DNA of 64,000 nucleotides from Phaeodactylibacter sp. (GTDB lineage: Bacteria > Bacteroidota > Bacteroidia > Chitinophagales > Saprospiraceae), in assembly GCA_020436535.1 (NCBI GenBank), contig JAGQXQ010000110.1:368-64367 (forward strand), read 5' to 3'. A program made the position numbers and the translations under genes. How positions within the stretch are numbered: the first letter of the stretch is position 1; the number at the start of each line of letters is the position of its first letter. The notes under the pieces are model-generated. The model saw only the letters and a list, made by a program, of their open reading frames with translations. It had not been told where the DNA came from and did no database searches. Below are positions 7,112-16,152 of the stretch, piece after piece.

Positions 7112-9352
7112 TTACCGATCCAAAACAGTTAACTTTACTACGATTGTTTCTTTCTCGGAACGCAATGCCACCAGGTAAAAACCCGGGGGCAAATCGATAG
7201 GTATGCCATTGGAATTGACATTGTTTTGCCTGAAAGCCAACTTGCCGTCGGCAGTAAAAATAATGAAGTCCCATGCTACTCCACCCTCTGAAAATTGTTC
7301 GAGCCAAAGCGTCTCTCCTTGCCGAACGGGATTGGGAAAAAGCACTGCGTCATTGGATGCGGGCCGCACCGGCGTTGAACCAGTTGGCAACACTCCCCAG
7401 ATGGAAGCCAATTGCCAAGCCCTGAGGCTGGACATACTTACCGGTGCATTTTTGGAAAACAACTCGATGCCCAAGGCGTCTTCTGCAGGAAATATCAGGG
7501 AAGTAAATACATATTCTCCGTCATTGACAAAAACTTCAGCGGACAACTGGTCGATGAAAATATGGAAAGTAATCTGAGGCACCTTGGGGATGACTGGGGC
7601 CCTGGACTCCGAATTGAAATTAGCAATAAATACATCACTGGCGTTCACCCGGTTGAGATATAATTCTGATGTTTTTTCATTGTAGCCCAATACGAGCTTT
7701 TTATTGCCTTTGACACATAAATTCAAGCCAAAATCCTGGCCGCTGCCGGCTTGTACGTCAAAGGTAACGATCATTTCATAGGTGTTCCTGGAGGGTTCAA
7801 ATTGGTTTAAGGGCAGGGTGTTTTCAATTATGCCAGAACCTACTACAACAGAATCTTCTCTTAATTTTTTCAACTCTTCTATCGGTTGTTGCACCAGTTT
7901 GTAACCTTGCGTAGAAGAAGAGACAAGGCTTAGGGAACGCGGAACAGAATGTCCAGTGCTTGCCCCCCAGGTTGTAGGAATATTATTAGCATAACGCCAA
8001 TTATTCATCCATCCAAGCCAGACTACCCTGTCCTCGGCGTTATCATAATCTTTAAAGGATTTGGCAGCGTAAAAATCCGGCGCCCAATCGGCCCAATACG
8101 CGTGTTCTACCTTGGTACCCATGCTGGTATTCGAGAAGTAAATGTTGTCAACCAGGATATGCCCCCAGCCCCAGATGGCATTATCCACAATCTGAAGCTT
8201 TGCCGTTGCGCCCAAAAATTCTGAAACATCCCAGGATTCCCAGAACAAAATCTCTGAATTATTCCCCTGAGCCGCCCGGGCGGTTTGGCCATCGACGATC
8301 AGCCTGATCTCGGTATTGCCGGCAAAATTGCCGCCTGAGATCAAAAAATTAATAAAGCTGTGGTTGATCTGAAAATCAGGGGAAGTCAGCATACCAGTGG
8401 CGAAATCACCGTTCTGGTAAGTATTGGCCAAAAAATCGCCGAGGAAACCCAACACCCTACCCTGGTTGCCCAAAGCTCCCGGCGCTGGGTTGGCCCCAAA
8501 GGCATTGCCCGTCGCCGTCCAGCCATTGTAGCCATTTTCGAAATCTTCAAATAGTACTTCGCCAATTCCCTCGCCATGATTGATATAACCATCCGCCACT
8601 TCGTCCATGGTGAATGTGGTTCCATCAAAATCGCCCACCCAGTATTGAGTCCGGTTGGGGCCCATTCCACAAGTCATCACCCATTTCATGTTGGAAGGGT
8701 CGCCATCCAGCGGCAATTGGAATAGGTCGGGCACCTCCCATACTTCCTTCTGAGCCCCTTCTCTTTCAAACTTGCTCAGATATGTCCAGGAGATCAGGTC
8801 ATCGGAAGCATAAACCTCAATGGCCCGGTCCAGCGGCCGGGTGATCACCATGATCCAGCGTTCGGTTTGAACATCCCAAAAAACTTGCGGATCTCTGAAA
8901 TCGGTACTGTTGGACGGGATGACCGGGTTGCCGGAATAGTACTGAAACTGCTCATAGTCTAAACTCGTCGAAATCCCCTGCGATTGAAACCCTGTAATGC
9001 GGTTATTCATGGTGTAAATGGCCACCATTGCGGTATCCATGGCTGTGCCAAAACCGCTCCTATTATTGACATCCACGACGACGGAACCGGTGTAATAGTC
9101 AAAGGTGCCGTTGTCGCCCGTCATGGCCCACCCTTTATCTTCCCAAAAAACCAGGTCTTCCGAGGTAGCCTGCCCCCACCAAAAAAGGCGGTAAGTATCC
9201 TGAAACCGGATGGCACCGGTGGGGTCGCCTATCCATCCACTTGCCGGGCTGAAGTGAAACTGAGGGCGGTATTTTTGGGTATAATCCTGCGCCGGCAGGG
9301 TTGAAAACCCGACTGAGACAAAGAACAAAAACAGCCTATAAGATTTTTTCAT
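7112..9352 (-). CDS. Divergent GH32 fructan hydrolase with nested extra module and T9SS C-terminal sorting domain
   Basis: The ORF track gives 7112..9394. The signal peptide MKKSYRLFLFFVSVGFSTLPAQ starts at ATG 9350-9352, 1 nt after the upstream stop at 9354-9356. GH32 blocks are present but variant: WIGDPTG, WGQATS, YTGSVVVD, FRDPQVFW, WEVPDLF. The inserted module is FEDFENGYNGW...WGHILVDNIYFSN. The C-terminus AVLFPNPVRQGETLWLE...GFYLVALRSEKETIVVKLTVLDR is T9SS-CTD-like. Confidence 0.85.
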   Translation of the reverse strand: MKKSYRLFLFFVSVGFSTLPAQDYTQKYRPQFHFSPASGWIGDPTGAIRFQDTYRLFWWGQATSEDLVFWEDKGWAMTGDNGTFDYYTGSVVVDVNNRSGFGTAMDTAMVAIYTMNNRITGFQSQGISTSLDYEQFQYYSGNPVIPSNSTDFRDPQVFWDVQTERWIMVITRPLDRAIEVYASDDLISWTYLSKFEREGAQKEVWEVPDLFQLPLDGDPSNMKWVMTCGMGPNRTQYWVGDFDGTTFTMDEVADGYINHGEGIGEVLFEDFENGYNGWTATGNAFGANPAPGALGNQGRVLGFLGDFLANTYQNGDFATGMLTSPDFQINHSFINFLISGGNFAGNTEIRLIVDGQTARAAQGNNSEILFWESWDVSEFLGATAKLQIVDNAIWGWGHILVDNIYFSNTSMGTKVEHAYWADWAPDFYAAKSFKDYDNAEDRVVWLGWMNNWRYANNIPTTWGASTGHSVPRSLSLVSSSTQGYKLVQQPIEELKKLREDSVVVGSGIIENTLPLNQFEPSRNTYEMIVTFDVQAGSGQDFGLNLCVKGNKKLVLGYNEKTSELYLNRVNASDVFIANFNSESRAPVIPKVPQITFHIFIDQLSAEVFVNDGEYVFTSLIFPAEDALGIELFSKNAPVSMSSLRAWQLASIWGVLPTGSTPVRPASNDAVLFPNPVRQGETLWLEQFSEGGVAWDFIIFTADGKLAFRQNNVNSNGIPIDLPPGFYLVALRSEKETIVVKLTVLDR

Positions 9353-9353
9353 C

Positions 9354-12300
9354 TCACTGAAGGTTGAGGGTATATTGAAACAATTGTAAGGCACCGTTAT
9401 TATTCACGACTAAAATGCCGGTTTTGCCACCCGCCAATGAGATGCGCTTCATGTTTATCACATCATTTGGGACGAAAAAACCGCTTTGCGACACTGTCAA
9501 TTGCTGGAAGTTGCCGTTTTTGTCCGCCTGCAACACCAAGCCTATCCCGGCATCTGCCCGGGTCGTTTCCACTTCTGCCGCATAGTGATTGCCCCCTAAC
9601 ACCAGGTCTTTGATGTTGTCTTGATTCACATCGGTTACGACAATGCCTTTAAGGGGGAACATTTGCGCCTCAATGGGTAAGTTTATGATCCTGAACCGGC
9701 CGCCTTCATTGATCAGCATTACGCTTTCGAAGATATGGGCCTCGTAAGTAAAGGCTTCTTTGATGTTTTCAGCGCCGTAAATTTGCAGGACATTGGCGTC
9801 GGCAAATGCGCTGAAGGTTGGAAATTTTTCTTTCAGGCTGGGGGTTTGCACCGAAGAACAGGTTTTACCCCGGATGGGCATGTAGTCGCCTTGCACTTCT
9901 TTGGTTAAAACGATCTCCACCGTGCCGTTTTTATCAAAATCGCCGGCGTATACTTTGAATGGTTTTTCAGGAGAAGTATGGAATTTATAATTCAGGCCCA
10001 GGTTGCCGGCTATAAAATCCAGGTCGCCGTCGCCATCGATATCATGTGCGGCAATCCGGTTCCACCAACCTCTGGTTTGGCTTAAACCAAGATCCTCGGT
10101 CGCCAGTTGGAGCAAGCCCCCATTGTTTTTGAAAACTTCAATACGCATCCACTCCCCTACCACGATCAGGTCATCGTCCTGATCGCCATCTGCATCCGCC
10201 CAAATGGCGTCCGCCACCATGCCAATCTCCTGCATTTCGGCTGTTGTAGCTTCCGCAAATTTCCCCCTATCGTTCCTGAGTAAATAACTTTTCGGGGTGA
10301 AAGGATATTGATCGGGCAAAATGCGCCCTCCGACGAACAGGTCCAGGTCGCCGTCTTGGTCATAATCAGCGGCGGCGACGCTACCACCACTGGCGTTTAT
10401 GACAGGAAGTGCAGCTACGGCCAGAGAAAAAGCACCGTTATTATTCAGATACAGCCTATCCTGATATTCTTGCCCGGTAGCTCCAAATTCACTGCCGCCA
10501 CTCACCACATACAGGTCGTTGTCCCCGTCCTGGTCAGCGTCGAAAAGCAGGGCACCAACATCTTCGTAGTTATTATCTTTTTCAAAAGCAGGCTGGTTGC
10601 TTTTTGAAAAAGAACCGTTTTGATATTGGAGATATAAACAACCTGCCTGCCGGGTAGCTCCACCCACAAAAAAATCTTCCAGCCCATCCCCATTTACATC
10701 GCCGACAGCCAGGGAGGGGCCGTTGGCAGATTCACGGTGGGGCAGTAAGACCTGATTTTTGAAATCGTCGAATTCATTTTCCTGGTGTACAAAAGGGGGA
10801 ATGATGGATGACGTTTTTTCGGTAAAATAGGGGGTGGCAGGGGATTGAGGCTTTGCCGCAGGTTGTGCTGTTTTGTAATCAATGGCCAGCACCTGATTAG
10901 TGGCTACGTTTTCCAGGCGGCTTACCTGGCCATCCAGCCAAACCACTTCTACCAACGGAATTTCTGTTAAGCGCCCGGTTCCAAAATGCAGGGTACTTTC
11001 CGAATTAGACAGATACCCCCTGGTGACAATCGCTTCCTGAAACTGTAGAATCTTGCCGTTTCCGTCTTTTAAATAGGCCTTGGCGTTGCGGGGCTTCACT
11101 TGTTTTGAGCCTTTCAGGTTTATCCTCAGATAACCGTTTTCGAGCTTTTCACTTTTGTTTTCAAATAAAAAGGCTTTGCTGTCTGAATTATTGGTGACGA
11201 TATCCAGGTCGCCGTCATTGTCGAGGTCCGCCACCACGCAGCCGTTAGAAAAAGACAAAGTATCCAGCCCCCAGGTGGTTGAATAATCCGAAAACGCCAA
11301 CCCGTTGCCATCATTTCGATACATAAAGTTTTTCGCCTCTCCCGAAGGCAGGTCATTGAGCAAATCCTCTATTTTTTCGGGATAGTTCTGGGTCCGGTAA
11401 CGCTCTTCTATTTTGGCGGCAAAATCCTGGTCGGTGACGTATTTTTTCAAACCGTTGGTGATGTAAATGTCTTTGTATCCGTCGTTGTCAAAATCGGCGA
11501 GGTGCCCCGCCCAGCTCCAATCCGATTTTGACACTCCTGCCAGTTGCGAGATTTCGCTGAAGGGCACGACCTGTTCAGGCCGGCCCTGGTTGCCGCCGTT
11601 GTTCAACTGCAGCATATTGTGCCCGTACTGGTAGTTGTAGCCCCATTCAATCGACTTTTTAAATGCCACAGGATCAACCATGGCCATAGAGGTTTTGCTG
11701 CGTTTATAGTCCTTGGGCATCATATCCAGCACGAAAAGATCGGTCAGGCCGTCATTGTTGATATCTGCGGCATCCGACCCCATGCTAAATAGAGAGGTAT
11801 GCTTGAAATATTCCTTGCTTTGTTCCCTGAAGGTGCCGTCGCCCTGATTGATATAGAGATAATCGGGCGTTACAAAGTCATTCCCAATGAAGACATCCGT
11901 CCAGCCGTCGTCATTAAAGTCGGCCGACAGTACGCTCAGGCCAAAGCCTATATCCGATAAAATGCCGGCTGCTGCGGAGACATCGGCAAAGGTGCCGTCG
12001 CCGTTGTTTTGATACAAAATATCATTTGAATTGAGCGCTTTAAACCCTTCCTCCTGGTGGAAATAATCCATCTTGCCCATCTTGCGGGTATAGGAAAAAT
12101 CAGTTGTTGTATTGATCAGGAACATATCCAGGTCGCCGTCTTTATCATAATCGAAGAAGGTCGACTGGATGGAATTCCGGGGGTCGTCCAGGCCATAGTT
12201 TTTTGCGGATTCAGTGAAGGTGGCGTCGCCGTTATTGATGTACAGCAAATTGCGTTTGATAAAATCTTCTTTATACCAGCCGGAGCGACAGATATAGATA

Positions 12301-12698
12301 TCCAAAAACCCATCGTCGTTGATGTCGACCATGTTGGCACCTGTGCGGAAACCTTCATTGGCGCCTACGCCGGCTGCTTCGGTAATGTCTTCAAATTGCA
12401 GGTTGCCTCGGTTGAGGTACAATTTGTTCTGGCCGAAATTCGAATTGAAATACAGGTCCGGCAGCCCGTCGTTATTGATGTCGCCGACGGCAATGCCCGC
12501 GCCCATATAAAGCTGCATAAAGACGAAATAATTGACCGTACGGTTCTCAACGATGAAGTTGTTAAAATCAATGCCGGATTGTTCGGGGGGTATCAGCTCA
12601 AATAGTTTGATAGCGGCAGAGTCATTCCCGAGATCCAGACGGTTTTGGCAAGATCCAATTATTGTGATCAATAAAATATATAGTGCTGTCTTTTTCAT
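9354..12698 (-). CDS. Large FG-GAP/VCBS repeat + UnbV_ASPIC (CRTAC1-like) lipoprotein
   Basis: 1114 aa. Lipoprotein signal ILLITIIGSC. About 14 FG-GAP Ca-loop repeats (DINNDGLPDLY, DINDDGFLDIY, DYDKDGDLDMF, DFNDDGWTDVF, DINNDGLTDLF, DFDNDGYKDIY, DLDNDGDLDIV, DVNGDGLEDFF, DADQDGDNDLY, DYDQDGDLDLF, DIDGDGDLDFI...). Central UnbV_ASPIC-like segment TRGYLSNSESTLHFGTG...VVWLDG. Apparent architecture is propeller-UnbV-propeller. Confidence 0.85.
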   Translation of the reverse strand: MKKTALYILLITIIGSCQNRLDLGNDSAAIKLFELIPPEQSGIDFNNFIVENRTVNYFVFMQLYMGAGIAVGDINNDGLPDLYFNSNFGQNKLYLNRGNLQFEDITEAAGVGANEGFRTGANMVDINDDGFLDIYICRSGWYKEDFIKRNLLYINNGDATFTESAKNYGLDDPRNSIQSTFFDYDKDGDLDMFLINTTTDFSYTRKMGKMDYFHQEEGFKALNSNDILYQNNGDGTFADVSAAAGILSDIGFGLSVLSADFNDDGWTDVFIGNDFVTPDYLYINQGDGTFREQSKEYFKHTSLFSMGSDAADINNDGLTDLFVLDMMPKDYKRSKTSMAMVDPVAFKKSIEWGYNYQYGHNMLQLNNGGNQGRPEQVVPFSEISQLAGVSKSDWSWAGHLADFDNDGYKDIYITNGLKKYVTDQDFAAKIEERYRTQNYPEKIEDLLNDLPSGEAKNFMYRNDGNGLAFSDYSTTWGLDTLSFSNGCVVADLDNDGDLDIVTNNSDSKAFLFENKSEKLENGYLRINLKGSKQVKPRNAKAYLKDGNGKILQFQEAIVTRGYLSNSESTLHFGTGRLTEIPLVEVVWLDGQVSRLENVATNQVLAIDYKTAQPAAKPQSPATPYFTEKTSSIIPPFVHQENEFDDFKNQVLLPHRESANGPSLAVGDVNGDGLEDFFVGGATRQAGCLYLQYQNGSFSKSNQPAFEKDNNYEDVGALLFDADQDGDNDLYVVSGGSEFGATGQEYQDRLYLNNNGAFSLAVAALPVINASGGSVAAADYDQDGDLDLFVGGRILPDQYPFTPKSYLLRNDRGKFAEATTAEMQEIGMVADAIWADADGDQDDDLIVVGEWMRIEVFKNNGGLLQLATEDLGLSQTRGWWNRIAAHDIDGDGDLDFIAGNLGLNYKFHTSPEKPFKVYAGDFDKNGTVEIVLTKEVQGDYMPIRGKTCSSVQTPSLKEKFPTFSAFADANVLQIYGAENIKEAFTYEAHIFESVMLINEGGRFRIINLPIEAQMFPLKGIVVTDVNQDNIKDLVLGGNHYAAEVETTRADAGIGLVLQADKNGNFQQLTVSQSGFFVPNDVINMKRISLAGGKTGILVVNNNGALQLFQYTLNLQ

Positions 12699-12701
12699 GT
12701 T

Positions 12702-15700
12702 TTAATACTTTTCAATCAGCTCAACGAAATCATTGTTCCTGGCAAACAACCAAGCTTTTCGGGTTCTCGCCAGTTGTATGGCTGCTCCGCTTTTCACATC
12801 CCCTTTCAGATACAATCCACTTTGAAAAGGTGGCAGTACTTTGAAAAAACCTGCTTTGTCATTTATCAGCACCAAGCCATAACCGGCGTCGTTCCTCGGG
12901 GTTTCGACTTCAGATTGGTAAAGGTTGCCGGCGACAATAACATCGGAAAAACCATCGTCATTCAAATCTGTGATTTCGATGACGTTGATAGAAGAGAGTT
13001 GAGCCATCGCCGGCAAAACCCGAACCTCGAAATCACCTCCTCCTTTATTTTCGAAATAGGTGGAGGCGAAAGTTTTAGCCGTGTAATGCATGGCCTCCTC
13101 CAGGCCCATATCTCCATAAACCTGTTTTAAAGTAGCCTTGCCGAAGGCATCGTAGGTAGGGAATTTTTCTTTGATCTGCGGCACCTGCTGGGCGCTGCAT
13201 TGCCGGCCTCTAAGCGGGTATAAATTGCCGCCATTGTAATAGCCCAGAGCGATGTCCTGGCTTCCGTTTTTATCAAAATCGGTGGCATATACTTCAAAAG
13301 GCGCTTCAACCGAAGCTTTATATTTATAATTCAGCCCCAGGTTGCCGGCGATGAGGTCGAGGTCGCCGTCCTGGTCAAAATCGCCGGTTTGCAGACTGGA
13401 CCACCAGCCTTGTGTATTGGCCAAACTTTCCGTTTCCAGCCGCTCAAATTTTCCGTCCTTTTGTTCAAAAATAGTGACGGGCATCCACTCCCCTACCAGG
13501 ATCAGGTCTAACTTGCCGTCCCCTGTAACGTCCGCCCAATTGGCGTCTGTCACCAGGCCAATGTTGTTCAGATCAGGCAGGATATCGGTAGTTATATTTT
13601 TGAATACGGCCTTGTCTCTGGTGCTCAGGTTTTTCAGGATCAGGCTGCTTGCCGGCAGAGGATATTGTTGAGGGATCAACCGCCCTGCGACGAAAAGATC
13701 CGTTTTCCCATCCTGGTCATAATCCGCCGCCACTACTTTCCCGCCACTGCTTGAAATATAAGGTATGGCTGTGGCAGAAAACTGTCCCAGCCCGTCATTA
13801 AGGTATAACCTGTCCTGGTAATCCAGGTGAAGAGCGGGATATTCATTGCCACCGCTCACTACATACAGATCCTGGTCGCCATCACCCTCTACATCGAGAA
13901 ACAAGGCGCCGACATCTTCATATTTTTTATCTGCTTCTGTAAAGGAGGCAGGCTGTTTTTCAAATGTCCCGTCTTCCCGCTGAAAATACAGGGCCCCTTC
14001 ATAGCCCATGGCGCCGCCGATATAGAAATCATCCAGGCCGTCGCCATTTGCGTCAGCTATAGCTAAGGCCGGCCCGAATTCCGACATTTTATGGGGTAGC
14101 AGCACTTCTTTTTCAAAATCATCGTAGCTGTTTTCGATATGCCGGTGGTGAAGGCGGGCGGCTTTGGTACTGTTTTTTAAAAAAGGCCGGCTAGTGGCTC
14201 TCTGTGTTTTGGTGTTGCCGGCATCGGCATATTTGAGGGTTACTCTTTGATCAGCCCGAACACTGGGCAGCAATTGTTCTTTGCCATCCGGCCAGATGAC
14301 GATGAGGGTGTCAACCATTTTTTGGATGCCCAGGCCAAAATGCAACAACGGCTCCACCGAAGATTGATAACCCCGGCTGAGCTGCATTTCATGGAGCTGA
14401 ATTTGGCCATCGTATTTTAAAGCTACTCTTGTGCCAATGCCAAGCGGATTCTGAGCGGTGCCTTCCAGTTTGATTTGTAAATAGTGGTGCTGCGTCAGAT
14501 TCGAAGTATTGTTTTCATAAATAACCGCCGGCTCACCGGTCATGTTGGCCACTATATCCATATCGCCGTCGCCGTCCAGGTCGGCGTAAGCGGCGCCGGT
14601 AGCCACATTTTCCCAATCGCCCGCCGCCCAAGTTTCAGAAACATTGGCAAACTGTAAATTTCCCTGGTTTCTGAAGAAGTAATTGCGTTTGGGGCGTTGG
14701 GGCATTTTTTCCAGCACATCTTTAATGTATTGTCCCAACAACTGAGGATTTTCACGACCTTGCATTTGGGCCTCCATTTGAGCCATACGCTGCTTTTTGT
14801 AGGCCAGGAAATCATTGTTCCGAAAATCCCTTTTGATGCCGTTGGACACAAACAGGTCTCTATAGCCGTCATTGTCCATGTCGATGAGCAAAGGCGCCCA
14901 ACTCCAGTCCGTACTGGAAATGCCAGCTAACTGGCCGATCTCCGAAAAGTATGGATAAAGGTTCCCTTCGGCATTTCCGTTGTTCAGTTGAAGGGAGTTG
15001 AACATATACTGATGGTGCAGCCCCAGATTGACGTGCAATTGGAACAGGCCGGGGTTCATCGCGCTCATACTTGTTTTAATGCCGTAGTTGTCTTCGGACA
15101 CCATATCTAACGCCACGATGTCCAGCCAGCCATCGTTGTTCACATCGGCAATATCGTTGCCCATAGCGTAGTTGGAAATGTGGTTGGTTGCCTCTTTGGC
15201 TACTTCGGAAAAAGTCCCGTCCTGGTTGTTCAGGTACAGGAAATCTCTTTCTGAAAAGTCATTGCACAGATAAATATCCGCCCAACCATCGTTGTTGACA
15301 TCGCCAATGCCCACGCCCAGGCCATCGCCCAGCAAAGAATTTTTCATTCCAGCCTGCTCAGAAACATCGGTAAAATGAGCATCATCGTTGCGGTACAGCC
15401 GGTCGCCCCACAGCTCGGCCCAGGTTTGGCTGAACATTTCCAGGTCTTGATCGGTATAGGGTTTTAACCCATAATTGGAAAAGAACACATCGAGGTCGCC
15501 ATCTTTATCGTAATCAAAAAATGCCGCCTGGGTAGTCGTATATAGTACATCCAGGTTGTACTTTGCCCCTTCTTCTTTGAAGGAGGGAATACTGTTTTCA
15601 TTTACACCCTGATTGACATACAACACATTTCGGGTCAAATCCGCCCCAAAGGCGCCTGACTTGCAAACATAAATATCCAGCAGGCCATCTGCATTGATAT

Positions 15701-16076
15701 CCACCATGGTAGTGCCAGTATGGTATCCCAGCCCACCCCACACATTAGCTTCAGCGGTAACATCTTTGAATTTCAGGTGACCCAGGTTAAGGTACAAGCG
15801 GTTGGTGTCGAGGTTAGAAACAAAGTAAATATCGGGAAGGCCATCTCCGTTGACATCACCGACAGCCAGGCCGGCGCCGTTGTAGTAATAATCGTGAAAA
15901 AGGGCGTTGAGTTGAAGGGTTTCTTTCACGTCATTGACAAATGCGATACCTGTATTTTCAGATTTCAGAATGGAGAAAAGAGGCAATGTGGAGGTATCCT
16001 CTACCTTCTGCTTCTGACAAGAAACGAAAGCAAGCGCCATACAAATGCCAATGATAAGATAACCCCGCTTCAACAT
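12702..16076 (-). CDS. Large FG-GAP/VCBS repeat + UnbV_ASPIC (CRTAC1-like) lipoprotein, tandem paralog of 9354..12698
   Basis: The ORF track gives 12702..16121. The lipoprotein signal MLKRGYLIIGICMALAFVSC starts at ATG 16074-16076. It has the same repeat architecture: DVNGDGLPDIY, DINADGLLDIY, DYDKDGDLDVF, DVNNDGWADIY, DVNNDGWLDIV, DMDNDGYRDLF, DLDGDGDMDIV, DANGDGLDDFY, DVEGDGDQDLY, DYDQDGKTDLF, DFDQDGDLDLI. UnbV-like segment SRGYQSSVEPLLHFGLG...VIWPDG. The stop is 3 nt from the next start. Confidence 0.85.
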   Translation of the reverse strand: MLKRGYLIIGICMALAFVSCQKQKVEDTSTLPLFSILKSENTGIAFVNDVKETLQLNALFHDYYYNGAGLAVGDVNGDGLPDIYFVSNLDTNRLYLNLGHLKFKDVTAEANVWGGLGYHTGTTMVDINADGLLDIYVCKSGAFGADLTRNVLYVNQGVNENSIPSFKEEGAKYNLDVLYTTTQAAFFDYDKDGDLDVFFSNYGLKPYTDQDLEMFSQTWAELWGDRLYRNDDAHFTDVSEQAGMKNSLLGDGLGVGIGDVNNDGWADIYLCNDFSERDFLYLNNQDGTFSEVAKEATNHISNYAMGNDIADVNNDGWLDIVALDMVSEDNYGIKTSMSAMNPGLFQLHVNLGLHHQYMFNSLQLNNGNAEGNLYPYFSEIGQLAGISSTDWSWAPLLIDMDNDGYRDLFVSNGIKRDFRNNDFLAYKKQRMAQMEAQMQGRENPQLLGQYIKDVLEKMPQRPKRNYFFRNQGNLQFANVSETWAAGDWENVATGAAYADLDGDGDMDIVANMTGEPAVIYENNTSNLTQHHYLQIKLEGTAQNPLGIGTRVALKYDGQIQLHEMQLSRGYQSSVEPLLHFGLGIQKMVDTLIVIWPDGKEQLLPSVRADQRVTLKYADAGNTKTQRATSRPFLKNSTKAARLHHRHIENSYDDFEKEVLLPHKMSEFGPALAIADANGDGLDDFYIGGAMGYEGALYFQREDGTFEKQPASFTEADKKYEDVGALFLDVEGDGDQDLYVVSGGNEYPALHLDYQDRLYLNDGLGQFSATAIPYISSSGGKVVAADYDQDGKTDLFVAGRLIPQQYPLPASSLILKNLSTRDKAVFKNITTDILPDLNNIGLVTDANWADVTGDGKLDLILVGEWMPVTIFEQKDGKFERLETESLANTQGWWSSLQTGDFDQDGDLDLIAGNLGLNYKYKASVEAPFEVYATDFDKNGSQDIALGYYNGGNLYPLRGRQCSAQQVPQIKEKFPTYDAFGKATLKQVYGDMGLEEAMHYTAKTFASTYFENKGGGDFEVRVLPAMAQLSSINVIEITDLNDDGFSDVIVAGNLYQSEVETPRNDAGYGLVLINDKAGFFKVLPPFQSGLYLKGDVKSGAAIQLARTRKAWLFARNNDFVELIEKY

Positions 16077-16096
16077 ATTAATCCGGGTTTGAGGCC

Positions 16097-16137
16097 GGCA
16101 AGTTTCCGGCAAAACCATCATTTTACGGAAACTTGCC
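16097..16137 (-). repeat. 12-bp perfect inverted repeat (intercistronic hairpin) between the DUF4960-like gene and the first FG-GAP gene
   Basis: ggcaagtttccg (16097-16108) and cggaaacttgcc (16126-16137) are exact reverse complements with a 17-nt loop. No T-tract follows on the transcribed (minus) strand, so it is not a classic terminator. Confidence 0.5.
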
Positions 16138-16152
16138 AGGCCAAGCCTCGTG

